Below the pieces are notes generated by a model, which was not told where the DNA came from, did no database searches, and worked only from the letters and a program-made list of their open reading frames with translations. Of a stretch of 64,000 nt of DNA, positions 32,148-43,482 are shown piece by piece. Numbering within the stretch: position 1 is the first letter of the stretch; each line of letters opens with the position of its first letter. A program made the position numbers and the translations under genes. This DNA is from an uncultured delta proteobacterium (GTDB lineage: Bacteria > Desulfobacterota > WTBG01), in assembly GCA_963793865.1 (NCBI GenBank), contig CAWCBP010000001.1, forward strand, positions 352,001-416,000, given 5' to 3'.

Positions 32148-33621
32148 GTGAAAAATTCCGTTTCACGCATAACGGCGTGTGCTGCGCTGGTGTTGTTCAT
32201 GCTCCTGATCGCCCGGAGAGACATCTGCAGCGCTCCCCTGAAAAGCGGGCAGTGCAACATTGTACTTATCACCATTGACACCCTGAGGGCGGACCATCTC
32301 TCCTGCTATGGTTATCACCGCAAAACAAGCCCTAACATAGATGGCCTTGCTGCAAGGGAATCGCATGCAAAAATGCGTATGCCCCTTCCTCATGGACGCT
32401 CCCTCGATGGCTTCGCTCTTTACTTCTGTTTATCCAATCAATCACGGCGTGATCCACGGGATTGGTTTAAAAATGGATCAGGCCATTATATGTTCAGGAA
32501 ATCTTTTCCCCTGATCTTAAAACACTTGCTGAAGTTTTGCAGGCAGCACGGTTATACCACCTTCGGTGTTTCTTCCCATCGCAATTTAGATGAGAAATTC
32601 GGCTTTGCGCGGGGGTTTGATTATTTTACCTGCCTTCCTTTTTTCCCGCACAAGCGGTTAACGAAGCCGTGTCGCCTGGGAGGATGCGATTAAGAAAGCC
32701 GAGAAATTTTTCCTCTGGATTCATTACTTTGATCCTCATGCCCCCTACACTGCGCAGGAGCCATGGGCCAGAGAATATGCCCTGGAAGCCCAGACCGAAG
32801 TCCTGCTTGACCTGCCGGCACTCTCGGGGGCTGAACTGGCGCGTCTGTTACAGAAGTGCCCCGATGGAGGGTTGCCCGATGCCACGCAGCCCTTGTGCGG
32901 GAATCTGAAACAGCTGCTGCAGAATTACAACGATAATGTTATAAATCCGCAGGATCATGACATTGCCCTTTATGACAGTGAAATTAGTTATGTCGATAAC
33001 CATATCGGCATGCTCATGAAACGCCTTAACCTTAGTGATGAAACCCTGATTATTATTACCGCAGACCACGGAGAAGAATTTCTCGAGCATGGCGAGATGG
33101 GGCATGGCCACAATTTGTATCAGCAGACAATACATATTCCGCTGATCATGAAGCTTCCGCAAGGTCAGAAAGGCTCTGTTGCAAACCAGCCCATCAGCCT
33201 TCTCGATGTAATGCCAACCATTTTAGACATCAGTGCTGTTAGTCCTCCCTCATCAATGCTGGGCAAATCATTCCGGAATGAGAAAAAGCTGTTGTTTTGG
33301 CTAAAGAAAAAAATGCCGGTAAGCGATATAGACTATATCTATTCTGAAATAGACACATCGAGAACCCTCAGGGCCATTGTCACACCGCCTTGGAAATATA
33401 TCTATAATTGTAAAGATGCAACCGGTCAACTGTATGACATTGTTTCTGATCCTCTGGAGAAGAATGACCTTGGCTGCAATCAAACCAGAGAACGCGACCG
33501 GTTAAGAGATCAGCTGTTGCGTTGGATGGAAACAGCAAAGCGTTATCCCACAACGACATGTGATTATGAACTTTCGGCAGAAGACAAAGATAAACTGAAA
33601 GGTTTAGGATACCTGCAATAA
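32148..33621 (+). pseudogene. exported sulfatase-like hydrolase/transferase, several frameshifts (about 32360-32700)
   Basis: [10 protein letters not shown]; out-of-frame [39 protein letters not shown]. Confidence 0.75.
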
Positions 33622-33622
33622 G

Positions 33623-35803
33623 ATGCTTTTTGATACTTTTTTAGCCTGCAGCGTGTTTTTGACAACAAACGCCTCCCTACTCTATGCGTCACACCTCCTG
33701 GTCAGGCGATTCATTCATCACTGCCCGGCATCGGTGAGGCTGGTCGGGACGGGCACGCTGTTCTACGCTTTTATTGTTTTGGTTTATCAGGCGCTGTCAC
33801 CTTTCCATGCCATTTCAAGAACCGGGGTTACTATTACCTGCCTTGTTATAGCCTGCCTTTTTCATTTCCTGTGGGGCAAGCATCGAGATTTCAAGGCTGA
33901 GGTCGAGCCACTACGGGTTTGGCTGCGGGATGGACTCAAGTCCAGGTGGGCGGTGCTCATTATCATGTGCGGTTTTATGGTGCTGCTTTCCCTTTCCCGT
34001 GCCCTGCTCATGCCGCCGCTCGGCTGGGATTGTCTCTCCTATCATTTAACCTTCGCATCTTTGTGGATAAAGGCGGGAACCCTCTTTCTCTTCAAGGCAC
34101 CTGATCAAATAATAAGCTGCGGCCACTTGCCCATCAACGGTGAAATATTTGCCTCGTGGCTTCTCCTTCCCTTCAGCAGTGACCTTCTGGTCAATGCCAT
34201 GAATTTTCCCTTGACCTTTTTAGCAGGGGTCGCCTGCTATGCCGTTGGAAGAGAGTTGGGCTTACCGCGATGGGCCGCCGGGTGGGTGCCGGTACTGATC
34301 TGTTTTTCGCCGACCGTATATGATCTGATAACGACTGCCTATGTCGATAATGCGCTGTTCGCCTTCTCGATCGCCTTAGTTCTATTTGTACTAAGGTATA
34401 TACGGAAAGGGTTCATAGAGGATGCCTGTTTCGCTGCCATTGCGGGAGGCATGGCGGTGGGCATTAAATATAATGGAATTATTATTGCAGGCATCGCAGT
34501 GTTTGCTGTTCTATTAAAGATGCTGGTGTCAGCCAGATATTCGGGTTTTTTCAAGAAGCTCGGTATATGCCTGGCAGGTCTCCTGTTAATAATTTCCCTT
34601 GGTGGAAGACGATACATTCTCAATACCATCGATGCCGCAAATCCACTCTATCCCTTTCCTCTCAAAATATTTAGCTACGAAATTTTTGAAGGGTGGGAGG
34701 AACTGACCAATCTGGAGAAGTGGGTAGCCGAGTTTGATGAAAAGGAGGGGCTTATCCAGCGAAGCGCCTGGGAAAGGGAGTATAGAAAATTTTCTTATGT
34801 GCAGATGGCTCCGGGTCCTAAATTCGCCTTCTTTTTAATAATGGCATTGTTGGGCCTGTTCCTCAGGCCGAAATCGATTTCTGTGAAACAATGGTATTTC
34901 ATTGCCGCCGTATGGATAATTCCCATCATTTCATATTTCACCGAGGGCTCAACCGGTGTAGCGAGGGGAGGTCCCTGGGCGGACGGGGGCGGGCGCTATC
35001 TTATCACTTCCATAGCGCTGTTTACCATCCAGGGTTTGGTCACCGTCCAGCAATTCAGCAGCCCTTTTAAGAAAATAACTTTTTTTCTGGCAGCCTTTGT
35101 CCTTTTGGATTTCATTCACCTCAATAGCGGCCACCTGTGGGAGGTGGAGGTTTTGTATCCCCTGGTGATCATGCTCAGCATCGCCAGCATGGCTTTTTCA
35201 GATGCATTGCCTCGATTGTTTCGCAAATTGATGCCCGCACGCATGGTTTCTGCGCAGGGGGGCGAAGAGAGAAGTGCCGGCATCATTACAGTCCGGTGGT
35301 CATCCGCGGCTTTGTACCTGCTCCTGCTGGTAATTTCATTAAGCCTGCTGCAGGGGTACCGGGACCGGACCCGGTATTTTTATTATCGCCGGCATACCGA
35401 TCTGCATAATATTCCCAGGAAATTTGTGAGCGGGTGGGAGTTCATTGACAAGCTGGACGAGCACAAGGTTATTGCCTTCAGCAGAGGTTATGCGCAGCCA
35501 AACCACGAGTGGTTTTTCTATCCCTTGATGGGAAGCCGTCTGCAAAACGATGTTATCTACCTGTCAGCATTGAATAAGTGGGACGTTCCAACCTGGGTTG
35601 ACCAAGGTATGCTAAGAGGAGACGATCCGGAAATATGGCTTTATAATCTCAAGAGCAAGAAGGTCGATCACATTTTTATTCAGGAACCCTGGCCAATCGA
35701 GATGAGTTGGATAAAGAGTCGTAAAGATGATTTTGAACTGACTATACGGACAGGTACTGCAGAATTTACAAATATGTTGGGGAGTACTGACGGGCATGCA
35801 TGA
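33623..35803 (+). CDS. large polytopic membrane protein, GT-C-like (paralog 1 of 3)
   Basis: LMPPLGWDCLSYHL, PINGE, NPLYPFP and WFFYPLMG.RLQN shared with 36921 and 41090; translationally coupled to the upstream sulfatase-like gene. Confidence 0.7.
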   Translation: MLFDTFLACSVFLTTNASLLYASHLLVRRFIHHCPASVRLVGTGTLFYAFIVLVYQALSPFHAISRTGVTITCLVIACLFHFLWGKHRDFKAEVEPLRVWLRDGLKSRWAVLIIMCGFMVLLSLSRALLMPPLGWDCLSYHLTFASLWIKAGTLFLFKAPDQIISCGHLPINGEIFASWLLLPFSSDLLVNAMNFPLTFLAGVACYAVGRELGLPRWAAGWVPVLICFSPTVYDLITTAYVDNALFAFSIALVLFVLRYIRKGFIEDACFAAIAGGMAVGIKYNGIIIAGIAVFAVLLKMLVSARYSGFFKKLGICLAGLLLIISLGGRRYILNTIDAANPLYPFPLKIFSYEIFEGWEELTNLEKWVAEFDEKEGLIQRSAWEREYRKFSYVQMAPGPKFAFFLIMALLGLFLRPKSISVKQWYFIAAVWIIPIISYFTEGSTGVARGGPWADGGGRYLITSIALFTIQGLVTVQQFSSPFKKITFFLAAFVLLDFIHLNSGHLWEVEVLYPLVIMLSIASMAFSDALPRLFRKLMPARMVSAQGGEERSAGIITVRWSSAALYLLLLVISLSLLQGYRDRTRYFYYRRHTDLHNIPRKFVSGWEFIDKLDEHKVIAFSRGYAQPNHEWFFYPLMGSRLQNDVIYLSALNKWDVPTWVDQGMLRGDDPEIWLYNLKSKKVDHIFIQEPWPIEMSWIKSRKDDFELTIRTGTAEFTNMLGSTDGHA

Positions 35804-35876
35804 GGCTCATCACAGCCTGCACGCGCTGTTTTTGCACACGGTCCCTGCCTCAACACACTACCTCAAAGGATGAAAT

Positions 35877-36773
35877 ATGGGCACGAAGGAAAAAGCCGTA
35901 ATTGCAAAGATTTTTCGATCAACGGCGCTGCTGATCGCGATTTGTGTTCCGAATTGTCTCGTTGCTGCCTGCGTGGGGGACATTAACCAGGATGGTAGCG
36001 TCAATGGATTGGATTTTGCCATCATGCGCCAGGAGATGGGCAGAAATGATTGCTCTGCATCACCCTGCAAGTCTGATCTCAATAGCGATGGCGTGGTGGA
36101 TGATAAAGACAAGGAAATTTTAAAGTCTCAATACGGAAGCAGCGATTGCCTGCCGGAGAACAAGGCAGAGCCGGAAAGCCGCGGCAGCGTGTCCAAAGCC
36201 GTTCCCGATGAATCAGACATGCGGCAAGAACCGCCATTGCCGCTGTCGGAAGGTGCGCAGGGAACCTTGCCGGAAAAACCGGCGGACAAAACCGAGCCTC
36301 CGGCCTCATCAGAGAGCGGACCTGCTGAGGAAGGTGAGCCGGGCACGTCACAGCTCACCAGATTCAAGGATAACGGAGATGGAACCGTAACTGACCCTGA
36401 TACCAATCTCATGTGGACGAAAAATGCCAATCTGCCCGGGGAATCAATGCTCTTTTATGAGGCGCTTAATTACATACAGGAGATGAACAGGGGCACTCTT
36501 CCTAATTTTGGCTACACGGACTGGCGTCTTCCGAAGCAGGATGAACTGAGAAGTCTTGTTGATTATACCCGTTATACAAATCTGGGACATGAGCTGCCGC
36601 CGGGGCATCCGTTTGAAAATGTGCAATTGCTGAGATTCGGCAATTTTTCGGCAGGAAGCATTTATTTTTGGATGACCGAGCATTCCTGGTTTTTGTCGTT
36701 GTACTGCAGGGTGGTAGGACACAACGTAAACTCATGCAACGGCTTTGTCTGGCCTGTCCGTGACGGCAGGTGA
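35877..36773 (+). CDS. secreted protein: dockerin-like N-terminus, Pro/Glu/Ser linker and DUF1566 domain
   Basis: GDINQDGSVNGLD / SDLNSDGVVDDKD; DNGDGTVTD, DWRLP and VWPVR. Confidence 0.8.
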   Translation: MGTKEKAVIAKIFRSTALLIAICVPNCLVAACVGDINQDGSVNGLDFAIMRQEMGRNDCSASPCKSDLNSDGVVDDKDKEILKSQYGSSDCLPENKAEPESRGSVSKAVPDESDMRQEPPLPLSEGAQGTLPEKPADKTEPPASSESGPAEEGEPGTSQLTRFKDNGDGTVTDPDTNLMWTKNANLPGESMLFYEALNYIQEMNRGTLPNFGYTDWRLPKQDELRSLVDYTRYTNLGHELPPGHPFENVQLLRFGNFSAGSIYFWMTEHSWFLSLYCRVVGHNVNSCNGFVWPVRDGR

Positions 36774-36920
36774 AATTGGAAAGGTGAGCTGGTCCACCGC
36801 CCGTCATGCACGGCGAGGAGTTCCTGGCGCAGCGTGACGGCGCAATCCTGCGGCTTGCGCGCAGGATTCAACGCACAACCACAACCGGACATGCGGTTGA
36901 TCCTGTGGTCGAATTGAATT

Positions 36921-39146
36921 ATGCTGTTTGAGACATTTCTCGGCCTGATTGTTTTTGTGATTGCCAATCTCTCCATTTTCTATGCTGCGCATCTTATTGC
37001 ACAACGGTTTTTCCCTCATGTACCGCACGCAGCGAGGCTGGTAGGCATAGGGGTCCTGTACTATGGTTTTATTATCGCCGCCCTGCAGCTGCTTTCCCCG
37101 GCGCATGCCATCACCAGGATCTGGTCCACCGCTCTCTGCCTCACGTGTGCCATGGCTTCACACCTGCTGTGGGGCCGTTTTGCAAATCTAAGGGCCGACC
37201 TTGAGCCCGTAAAGGAATGGATCCGTGATGGCTTCAATTCGCCATGGGCCTGCCTCGTGGTTATATGCGGGCTTGCCGCGGCGATCAGCCTTACCCGCGC
37301 GCTGCTGATGCCGCCCCTCGCCTGGGACTGCCTCACCTACCACCTCACCTTAGCGGCCCTGTGGATTAAAAAGGGTGCTATCTTTCTTTTCATGGCCCCG
37401 GATCAAATAATAACTGCCGCCCACCTCCCCATCAATGGAGAGCTGTTTGCGGCATGGCTTCTCCTGCCGTTTCAGACTGATCTTATTGTGAACACGATGA
37501 ACTTCCCCATTACCCTGCTCGGCGGCATCGCCTGCTATGCCATAGCCAGGGAGCTCGGCCTGAGCCGCATGGAAGCAAGCTTTGCGCCCGCGCTTATATG
37601 CTTTTCCCCCATGATTTATTGGCAGATTGTTACGCAATATGTCGACAACGCAACCTTCGCATTTTATTGCGCGTCTGTGCTGTTTGCGCTCCGATACATC
37701 CGAACGGGCCATCCCGCTGACAGCCTGCTGGCCTTCGCAGCCGGGGGCATTTTGCTCGGCATAAAGTACACCGCCATTCCCGCTGTCGGCCTCATTGTTC
37801 TTGCCTCAGGCTTCAAGACCGTGAGCCTGACCGGTATCACGGGGATATTCAGGAAATCCGGCTTACTGTTTGCCGGACTTCTCCTCTTGTGCCTGCTGGG
37901 GGGAAGGCAATACATACTCAATGCCATTGAGGCGCGCAATCCCCTCTATCCCTTTCCGGTTAAAGTGGGCAATCAGGAGATATTCCACGGCGATGAATCA
38001 CTCGGGGAAATAAATGCGTGGGTATCTCGCTACGAAGACAAAAAAGACCTCGACAAGTTCAGTTTCTGGGAACGCCAATACCGTGCGTTTCTGTATTTGA
38101 CGGTGAGCGCGGGCCCGAAATTTATGCTGTTTTTGGCCCTGGCATGCGCATCACTGCTGGTCAGGCCCCGCCAGGTTTCCCGCGGGGAGTGGTATTTTCT
38201 TGCCATGATGTGGATCGTGCCGTTGATCATGTATTACACAGGCGCCTCATCCAGCCTGGCGAGCGGCGGACCATGGATGGACGGCAACACCCGCTATCTA
38301 TCCCCTTTCTTTGCCCTGCTCACCCTGCAGGGTTTGCTTTTCTTGAGAAACCTGGGAAGAAACAGCCTCGGGATATACATAATGCTCACGGCATTCGTGT
38401 TTTGGGATCTCTTAATGATCAACAAAGGGCAGCGGCAGGAGGTTGAGTTTCTCTATCCGTTTATCCCCCCGGCCGTGCTGCTTGGTGTCATTCTGTTTAA
38501 AGTTGCCGCGGCGCTTTTCCGCCGGACTGTCCGGCATAGTGGAATGACTCCGTCTCTCACCGGCGTGTCCGGACGGCCATCGCCGCGTATTCGCGGATGG
38601 GTTGCGTGCTGCCTGATGATCGTTCCGGTGACCGCGGGATGTTACCTGCTGCAGCTCTACCGGGATAATACCCGATACCATTATTTTAGCTCACCCACGG
38701 ACCTTAATGCCTTTCAGAGAATCTCGGTTGACGGCTGGGAGTTCCTGGATCGGCCGGGCGAGAAAAAGACAATCGCCGTGACCTTGGCCTGGGACCCTCC
38801 GGGGCATAAATGGATTCTCTACCCCTTGCTGGGACGCCGGCTGCAAAATGACATTGTTTATGTTTCGGCCCGATATAAATGGGACGTGCCCACCTGGCTG
38901 AACCGGGGAGAATTAAGGGGGGATGATGCTGCCATCTGGCGCTTTAATCTAAAAACCAAAAACGTTGATTATGTTGTTGTGGCAGATCCCATAGCGTACC
39001 CCTTTTTAAAGAGTCAGAAAGAACTCACGCAGGGATTGTGGCCGATCGAACTGGGCTGGATGGAGAAGGATCCCGGCACTTTCAAACATGTTTTTGAAGA
39101 TCGCTATTGTAAAATATTTCAATGTGTAAAGCGGAATGGCCAATAA
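36921..39146 (+). CDS. large polytopic membrane protein, GT-C-like (paralog 2 of 3)
   Basis: LMPPLAWDCLTYHL, PINGE, NPLYPFP and YPLLGRRLQN. Confidence 0.7.
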   Translation: MLFETFLGLIVFVIANLSIFYAAHLIAQRFFPHVPHAARLVGIGVLYYGFIIAALQLLSPAHAITRIWSTALCLTCAMASHLLWGRFANLRADLEPVKEWIRDGFNSPWACLVVICGLAAAISLTRALLMPPLAWDCLTYHLTLAALWIKKGAIFLFMAPDQIITAAHLPINGELFAAWLLLPFQTDLIVNTMNFPITLLGGIACYAIARELGLSRMEASFAPALICFSPMIYWQIVTQYVDNATFAFYCASVLFALRYIRTGHPADSLLAFAAGGILLGIKYTAIPAVGLIVLASGFKTVSLTGITGIFRKSGLLFAGLLLLCLLGGRQYILNAIEARNPLYPFPVKVGNQEIFHGDESLGEINAWVSRYEDKKDLDKFSFWERQYRAFLYLTVSAGPKFMLFLALACASLLVRPRQVSRGEWYFLAMMWIVPLIMYYTGASSSLASGGPWMDGNTRYLSPFFALLTLQGLLFLRNLGRNSLGIYIMLTAFVFWDLLMINKGQRQEVEFLYPFIPPAVLLGVILFKVAAALFRRTVRHSGMTPSLTGVSGRPSPRIRGWVACCLMIVPVTAGCYLLQLYRDNTRYHYFSSPTDLNAFQRISVDGWEFLDRPGEKKTIAVTLAWDPPGHKWILYPLLGRRLQNDIVYVSARYKWDVPTWLNRGELRGDDAAIWRFNLKTKNVDYVVVADPIAYPFLKSQKELTQGLWPIELGWMEKDPGTFKHVFEDRYCKIFQCVKRNGQ

Positions 39147-39160
39147 CTCTGGGCGGGACT

Positions 39161-40763
39161 TTATTTTTTTATAAATATAAAGGCGAGAGGGACGCCGTCC
39201 CGCTCAATCACCTTGAGGGCCTCCTCCTTTGCGGGTATCACTTTCATGCCTCTCGTGAACATAAAGATGTAGTCCGCCAGGTCGGGAGGAACATTGATTA
39301 TATTTTTTGCCTGATACACGGTATAGTGTATGCCGCCGATGTGGATCCTGTAATATTTGTCCTTGTCGGTTGCAATGTTTTCCTTAAACCAGTTGATTGC
39401 TTCATTATATGATGCGCCCCAATATTCAGTGTCGTAGAGTGTGTGTGCTCCCTTGAGTCCTCCGATCAGGGCGTTAAAATAAATGTATTCATAGGGATGA
39501 AGGGCGACCATGGTTATTGCAATAACCATGGCGTTAACCAAGATGAGGAGTCCGACACTTGCGGTGACGTACCATTTTTTGATCAGCGAGAGATATTCGA
39601 TGATGGTGATGAGGGCCAGTGCCGCCAGGGCGGGCAGCATAAAAGAAACAGCCGGATCCCGTCGTAGGCAACGGGTCTCACCATCAGGTATGCCGCGCTG
39701 TTGATGATGATGATCAGCAGCGATAAAATAAACAATCGGTTGTGAAACTTTTTTCCTAGAAGGAAAGGTGAAAGAAGCGCGGGAACAAGTATCATGAGCG
39801 GGGTGGTTATGGCAAGCCAGGTGGTAAAATAGCTCCCGGGCAATTTTGTGGCTTCCACCATGTCCCCCCGGTACAGGACCGGTTCATTCCAGGTATAGAT
39901 GCGTTCGATTGCCAGTATTTCCTTTATGTTGGGGATGATATTCATGCTCAGGAACGGCCAGGTCAGCAGGGAAAAAAGCAGAGCCACCGCTCCGGTGAGA
40001 ATGATACTTTGCAGATGCTCTGAAAAAAAGGCCCGCCATGCGCCCATCCGCGTGTGGCGCTGCCATTGTCACTATAAAAGGCGTAGGCATCAAATATAAA
40101 GAGTATGGCATAGAGGGTTATCCCGACGGTTCTGAGATTCTGGGATATGCCGAACAGCAGCCCCAGTGTCAGTATTTTGCCGAACGATTTTCTGTATGAC
40201 GCCAGGCAGTAAATCGCCACGCAGCTGATGAAATACATCACTGCAAATGGCGTGTCTTTGGGGTTTGCCGGGATGTCTCCGGTGAAGCGGGGCATTAAAA
40301 ACAGCAGGACCCGTCCCATGATGGCAACATACTGGTTGCGGTACTGCTTAAAGAGGACGAAATAGAGCGCAACGAAAACAGGCAGCGCAAGGAGGGTGTT
40401 TAAAAGATGATAGCGGTCAATTGATTTATCCTTATTTAGCATAAACAGCAGCATGGGATAGAAACCGCTGTAGTGGCAAAAATCGTAGAGGGACCGATAG
40501 GTTATGGTGAAATCACCTTGGGCGGACATCGGCTTACTCTGAATGTCCCGGGACCCGTCCTGCTTGTTGAAATCAAATGGGCGGTTAACCTGTTTGTGAA
40601 AAATGTGGCTGTACGCTCTTACGCCCCGGTTATAGTTGACCGGCTCGTCCCAGGTAAGCCCGAAATCCTTATAGGTGCTTACCGCAAGGAAAACATACAG
40701 GATGATAAAAAGCAAAATGGTGAAATGCCGCTTCAGCCGGCAAAAAACACTTTTGCCCGACAC
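39161..40763 (-). pseudogene. GT39/PMT/ArnT-like glycosyltransferase, split by frameshifts near 40030 and 39640
   Basis: DFGLTWDEP, PRF.G...N.KD.PF, YDGIR, HPYEYIYFN and EYWG motifs spread over three ORFs. Confidence 0.72.
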
Positions 40764-41089
40764 GTGTTTTTTTACCTCCCCACTCCCGGCGCGGGGAGAA
40801 ATATATTATGTGTTGATTGCGTCGCGCCGAAATGGATGAAAATGTTGCGGGGCATGCGGTTCCGCAAGTAAACGAGGCTCGTTCCGCGCACCCGCACCGT
40901 TGCGTCAGCGGGCGGGTAATGCCCGACAATAATGGCACGATGCGCAAAAAAATAGCGCAAGACACCTGAAAAAGCCAGAAAAATTTGTAATGATCACGGC
41001 GGAGAAATTCCTCGCCAGGAACCTACAGTGACTGATAAAAATGCCGTGTATGCTCATAAGCTTACGCCTTATGCAAAGGGACGTCCTTG

Positions 41090-43343
41090 ATGATATCTAA
41101 CGTGTTTGCAGGCTGCATTGTCTTTCTGGCAACCAATCTATCATTGCTCTATGCCTCTCACCTCATGGTCATGAGATTTTATCGGGATGCCACCGCTGGA
41201 CCCCCCGATTGGTCGCCCTGGGAGTTTTATATTATGCTTTTATAATAGCTCTTTTCCAGCTGCTGTCGCCGTTTTATGCCATCACCAAGACTTGGATGAC
41301 CATAGTGTGTCTTATCATCGTGCTGATAACCCACCTGCGTTGGGGTGGGTTGAGCAGTGTCAGGGCTGAGATTCTGTGCGCTGTTGCCTGGGTGAGAGAT
41401 GGCCTCAAATCAAGGTGGTCAGCGCTTATCGTGTGCTGCGGGTTTGTTGTTTGGGGTTTTATTCTTTCTTTCCCGTGCTCTGCTTATGCCGCCTCTTGCC
41501 TGGGATTGCTTAACCTATCACCTAACCTTTGCCGCGCTTTGGATACAAAAAGGGACCCTGTTTATTTTTCACGCCCCGGATCAAATCGCAGATAATGCGT
41601 ATTTTCCCATTAATGGCGACATATTTGCGTCCTGGCTGCTGCTGCCGTTTAACAGCGATCTACTGGTCAACATCATGAATTTCCCTGTTACGCTCCTTGG
41701 CGGGATTGCGTGTTATGCCATTGCGAGGGAACTGGGATTGGGGCGGCGAGCTGCGGCCTGGGCCCCCGCGCTGATATGTTTTTCACCGGTGATCTATTCC
41801 CAGGTGACCACCGCATTATCGGAGAATTCTCTGTTCGCCTTCTATGTTGCAGGCGTGCTTTTTACCCTGAGGTATCTCCTGAATGGCAGGAGCATTGAGG
41901 GCGTCCTTGCGGCTGTTTCAGCCGGTATGCTGATCGGCATAAAACAAACCGGCATTCCCGCAGCCGGGATCATCTTTATTGCCATAGCGACGAAGGCCCT
42001 GCGGACGGCTGATTGCTCCGGCGCAGCGAAAAAGTCTGCCCTGCTTCTCTCGAGTTTGATCATTATAGTAGCGCTCGGGGGGCGGCAATATATTCTCAAC
42101 AGCATTGACGCGAGAAACCCCTTGTATCCCTTTCCCGTTACCGCCCTGAATCAGGAGATCTTTGCGGGTTCGCTCGAATGGGAACAGCATGGACAGTGGG
42201 TTATGGATTTTGAGCAAAAATCCGGTCTGGTTAAAAGAAATTGGTGGACGCGGGAACTCAGGCGATTGTGTTACATTAAGGATTATTACTCGACCTACCC
42301 GATAACCGCCGGCCCCAAATTTCTTCTCCTCCTGATTCTTGCGATTGCATCGCTTTTCGTGAGGCCGCCCGGTATATCCAGGAGGCACTGGTATTTTTTA
42401 TCACTGCTGTGGATTGTGCCGGCCGTATTGTTCTATTCCACCGGCGCGACCAATATTGCAAGAAAGGGTCCGTGGGTGGAGTATAGCACCCGATTTCTGT
42501 CACCGTTGCTCGCCCTTGTGGCCATCCTCAGCCTGGTGGTCATTGAAAGGTGGAGAAGGCATTTCCGGGGGGCGGATTTTTTTCTGGCGGCACTGGTCGG
42601 ATGGGATCTCCTTTACGTCAATGCGACGCATCTGTGGGAGATCAGGGCGTTGTACCCGGCAGTGGCGTTGATTGTACCAGCGCTGGTAATCGCATTCAGC
42701 CGTGCCTCGGGAAGAGGAATGTTTTTTTTCAGAAAGGTCTTTCCTGTTCATGAGGGGCGGGTGGAAAAGGCTTTTCCCGGGCTGCCGAAGGTGATTTCAC
42801 GGCAGTGCATACCCTGGGCCCTGGCTTTTGTCCTTTTTGTTGCTGTGCTGTCCGCGCTTCAGCATTACCGCGATACTACCAGGTATGTGTATTTTCAAAA
42901 TCATTATGATCATCAACAAATACCGACCGCATTGATAAGCGGGTGGGAGCTTCTTGACCGCCTTGATGACCCGAAGACCGTGGCCATGACCATGGGCGAC
43001 GAACCCCCCGACGGTCATTGGTTTTTTTATCCCTTGCTTGGCAGGAGGTTTCAAAACCAGATTGTGTATGTATCAGCAAAACACAATAGAGAGGTTCCTG
43101 CCTGGTTTGACCGAGGTTTTATAAGGGGGGAAGACTTCTCAATATGGCTGAACAATGTACAGATGGAAAAGGTTGATTATATTCTTGTCGCCAAGCCATG
43201 GCCCATTGAATTGCTTTGGATGTTAAGACAACAAAGAAAAGTTTCAGCGCGTCTTTGATCACAAGGAATTTAAAATTTTCAAATATGCAGGCAGCACTGC
43301 GCAAGATCATGAAAAAAACGAACCATCCGGCAACGCTGCATAA
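41090..43343 (+). pseudogene. large polytopic membrane protein, GT-C-like (paralog 3 of 3), frameshifted near 41200, 41450 and 43235
   Basis: MISNVFAGCIVFLATNLSLLYASHL matches the paralog 1 N-terminus; LMPPLAWDCLTYHL, NPLYPFP and WFFYPLLGRRFQN. Confidence 0.7.
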
Positions 43344-43482
43344 TCTATCGCTTGCCTTGCCCATCCGGCACAGGGGAATCAGCTGGAGGGGTGAGCCGTC
43401 CTCCATCCACGAGAAAGCGGCGATGCCTTTCTGACAAACCTCCTTCATTGATTTACCGCACGTCGTGTGCCCCGTATCTGCT

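Noticed and set aside
24897..36773. DUF1566 genes as diversity-generating retroelement targets
   Set aside because: No reverse transcriptase and no template repeat differing only at adenines could be seen in this window; a remote DGR cannot be excluded.
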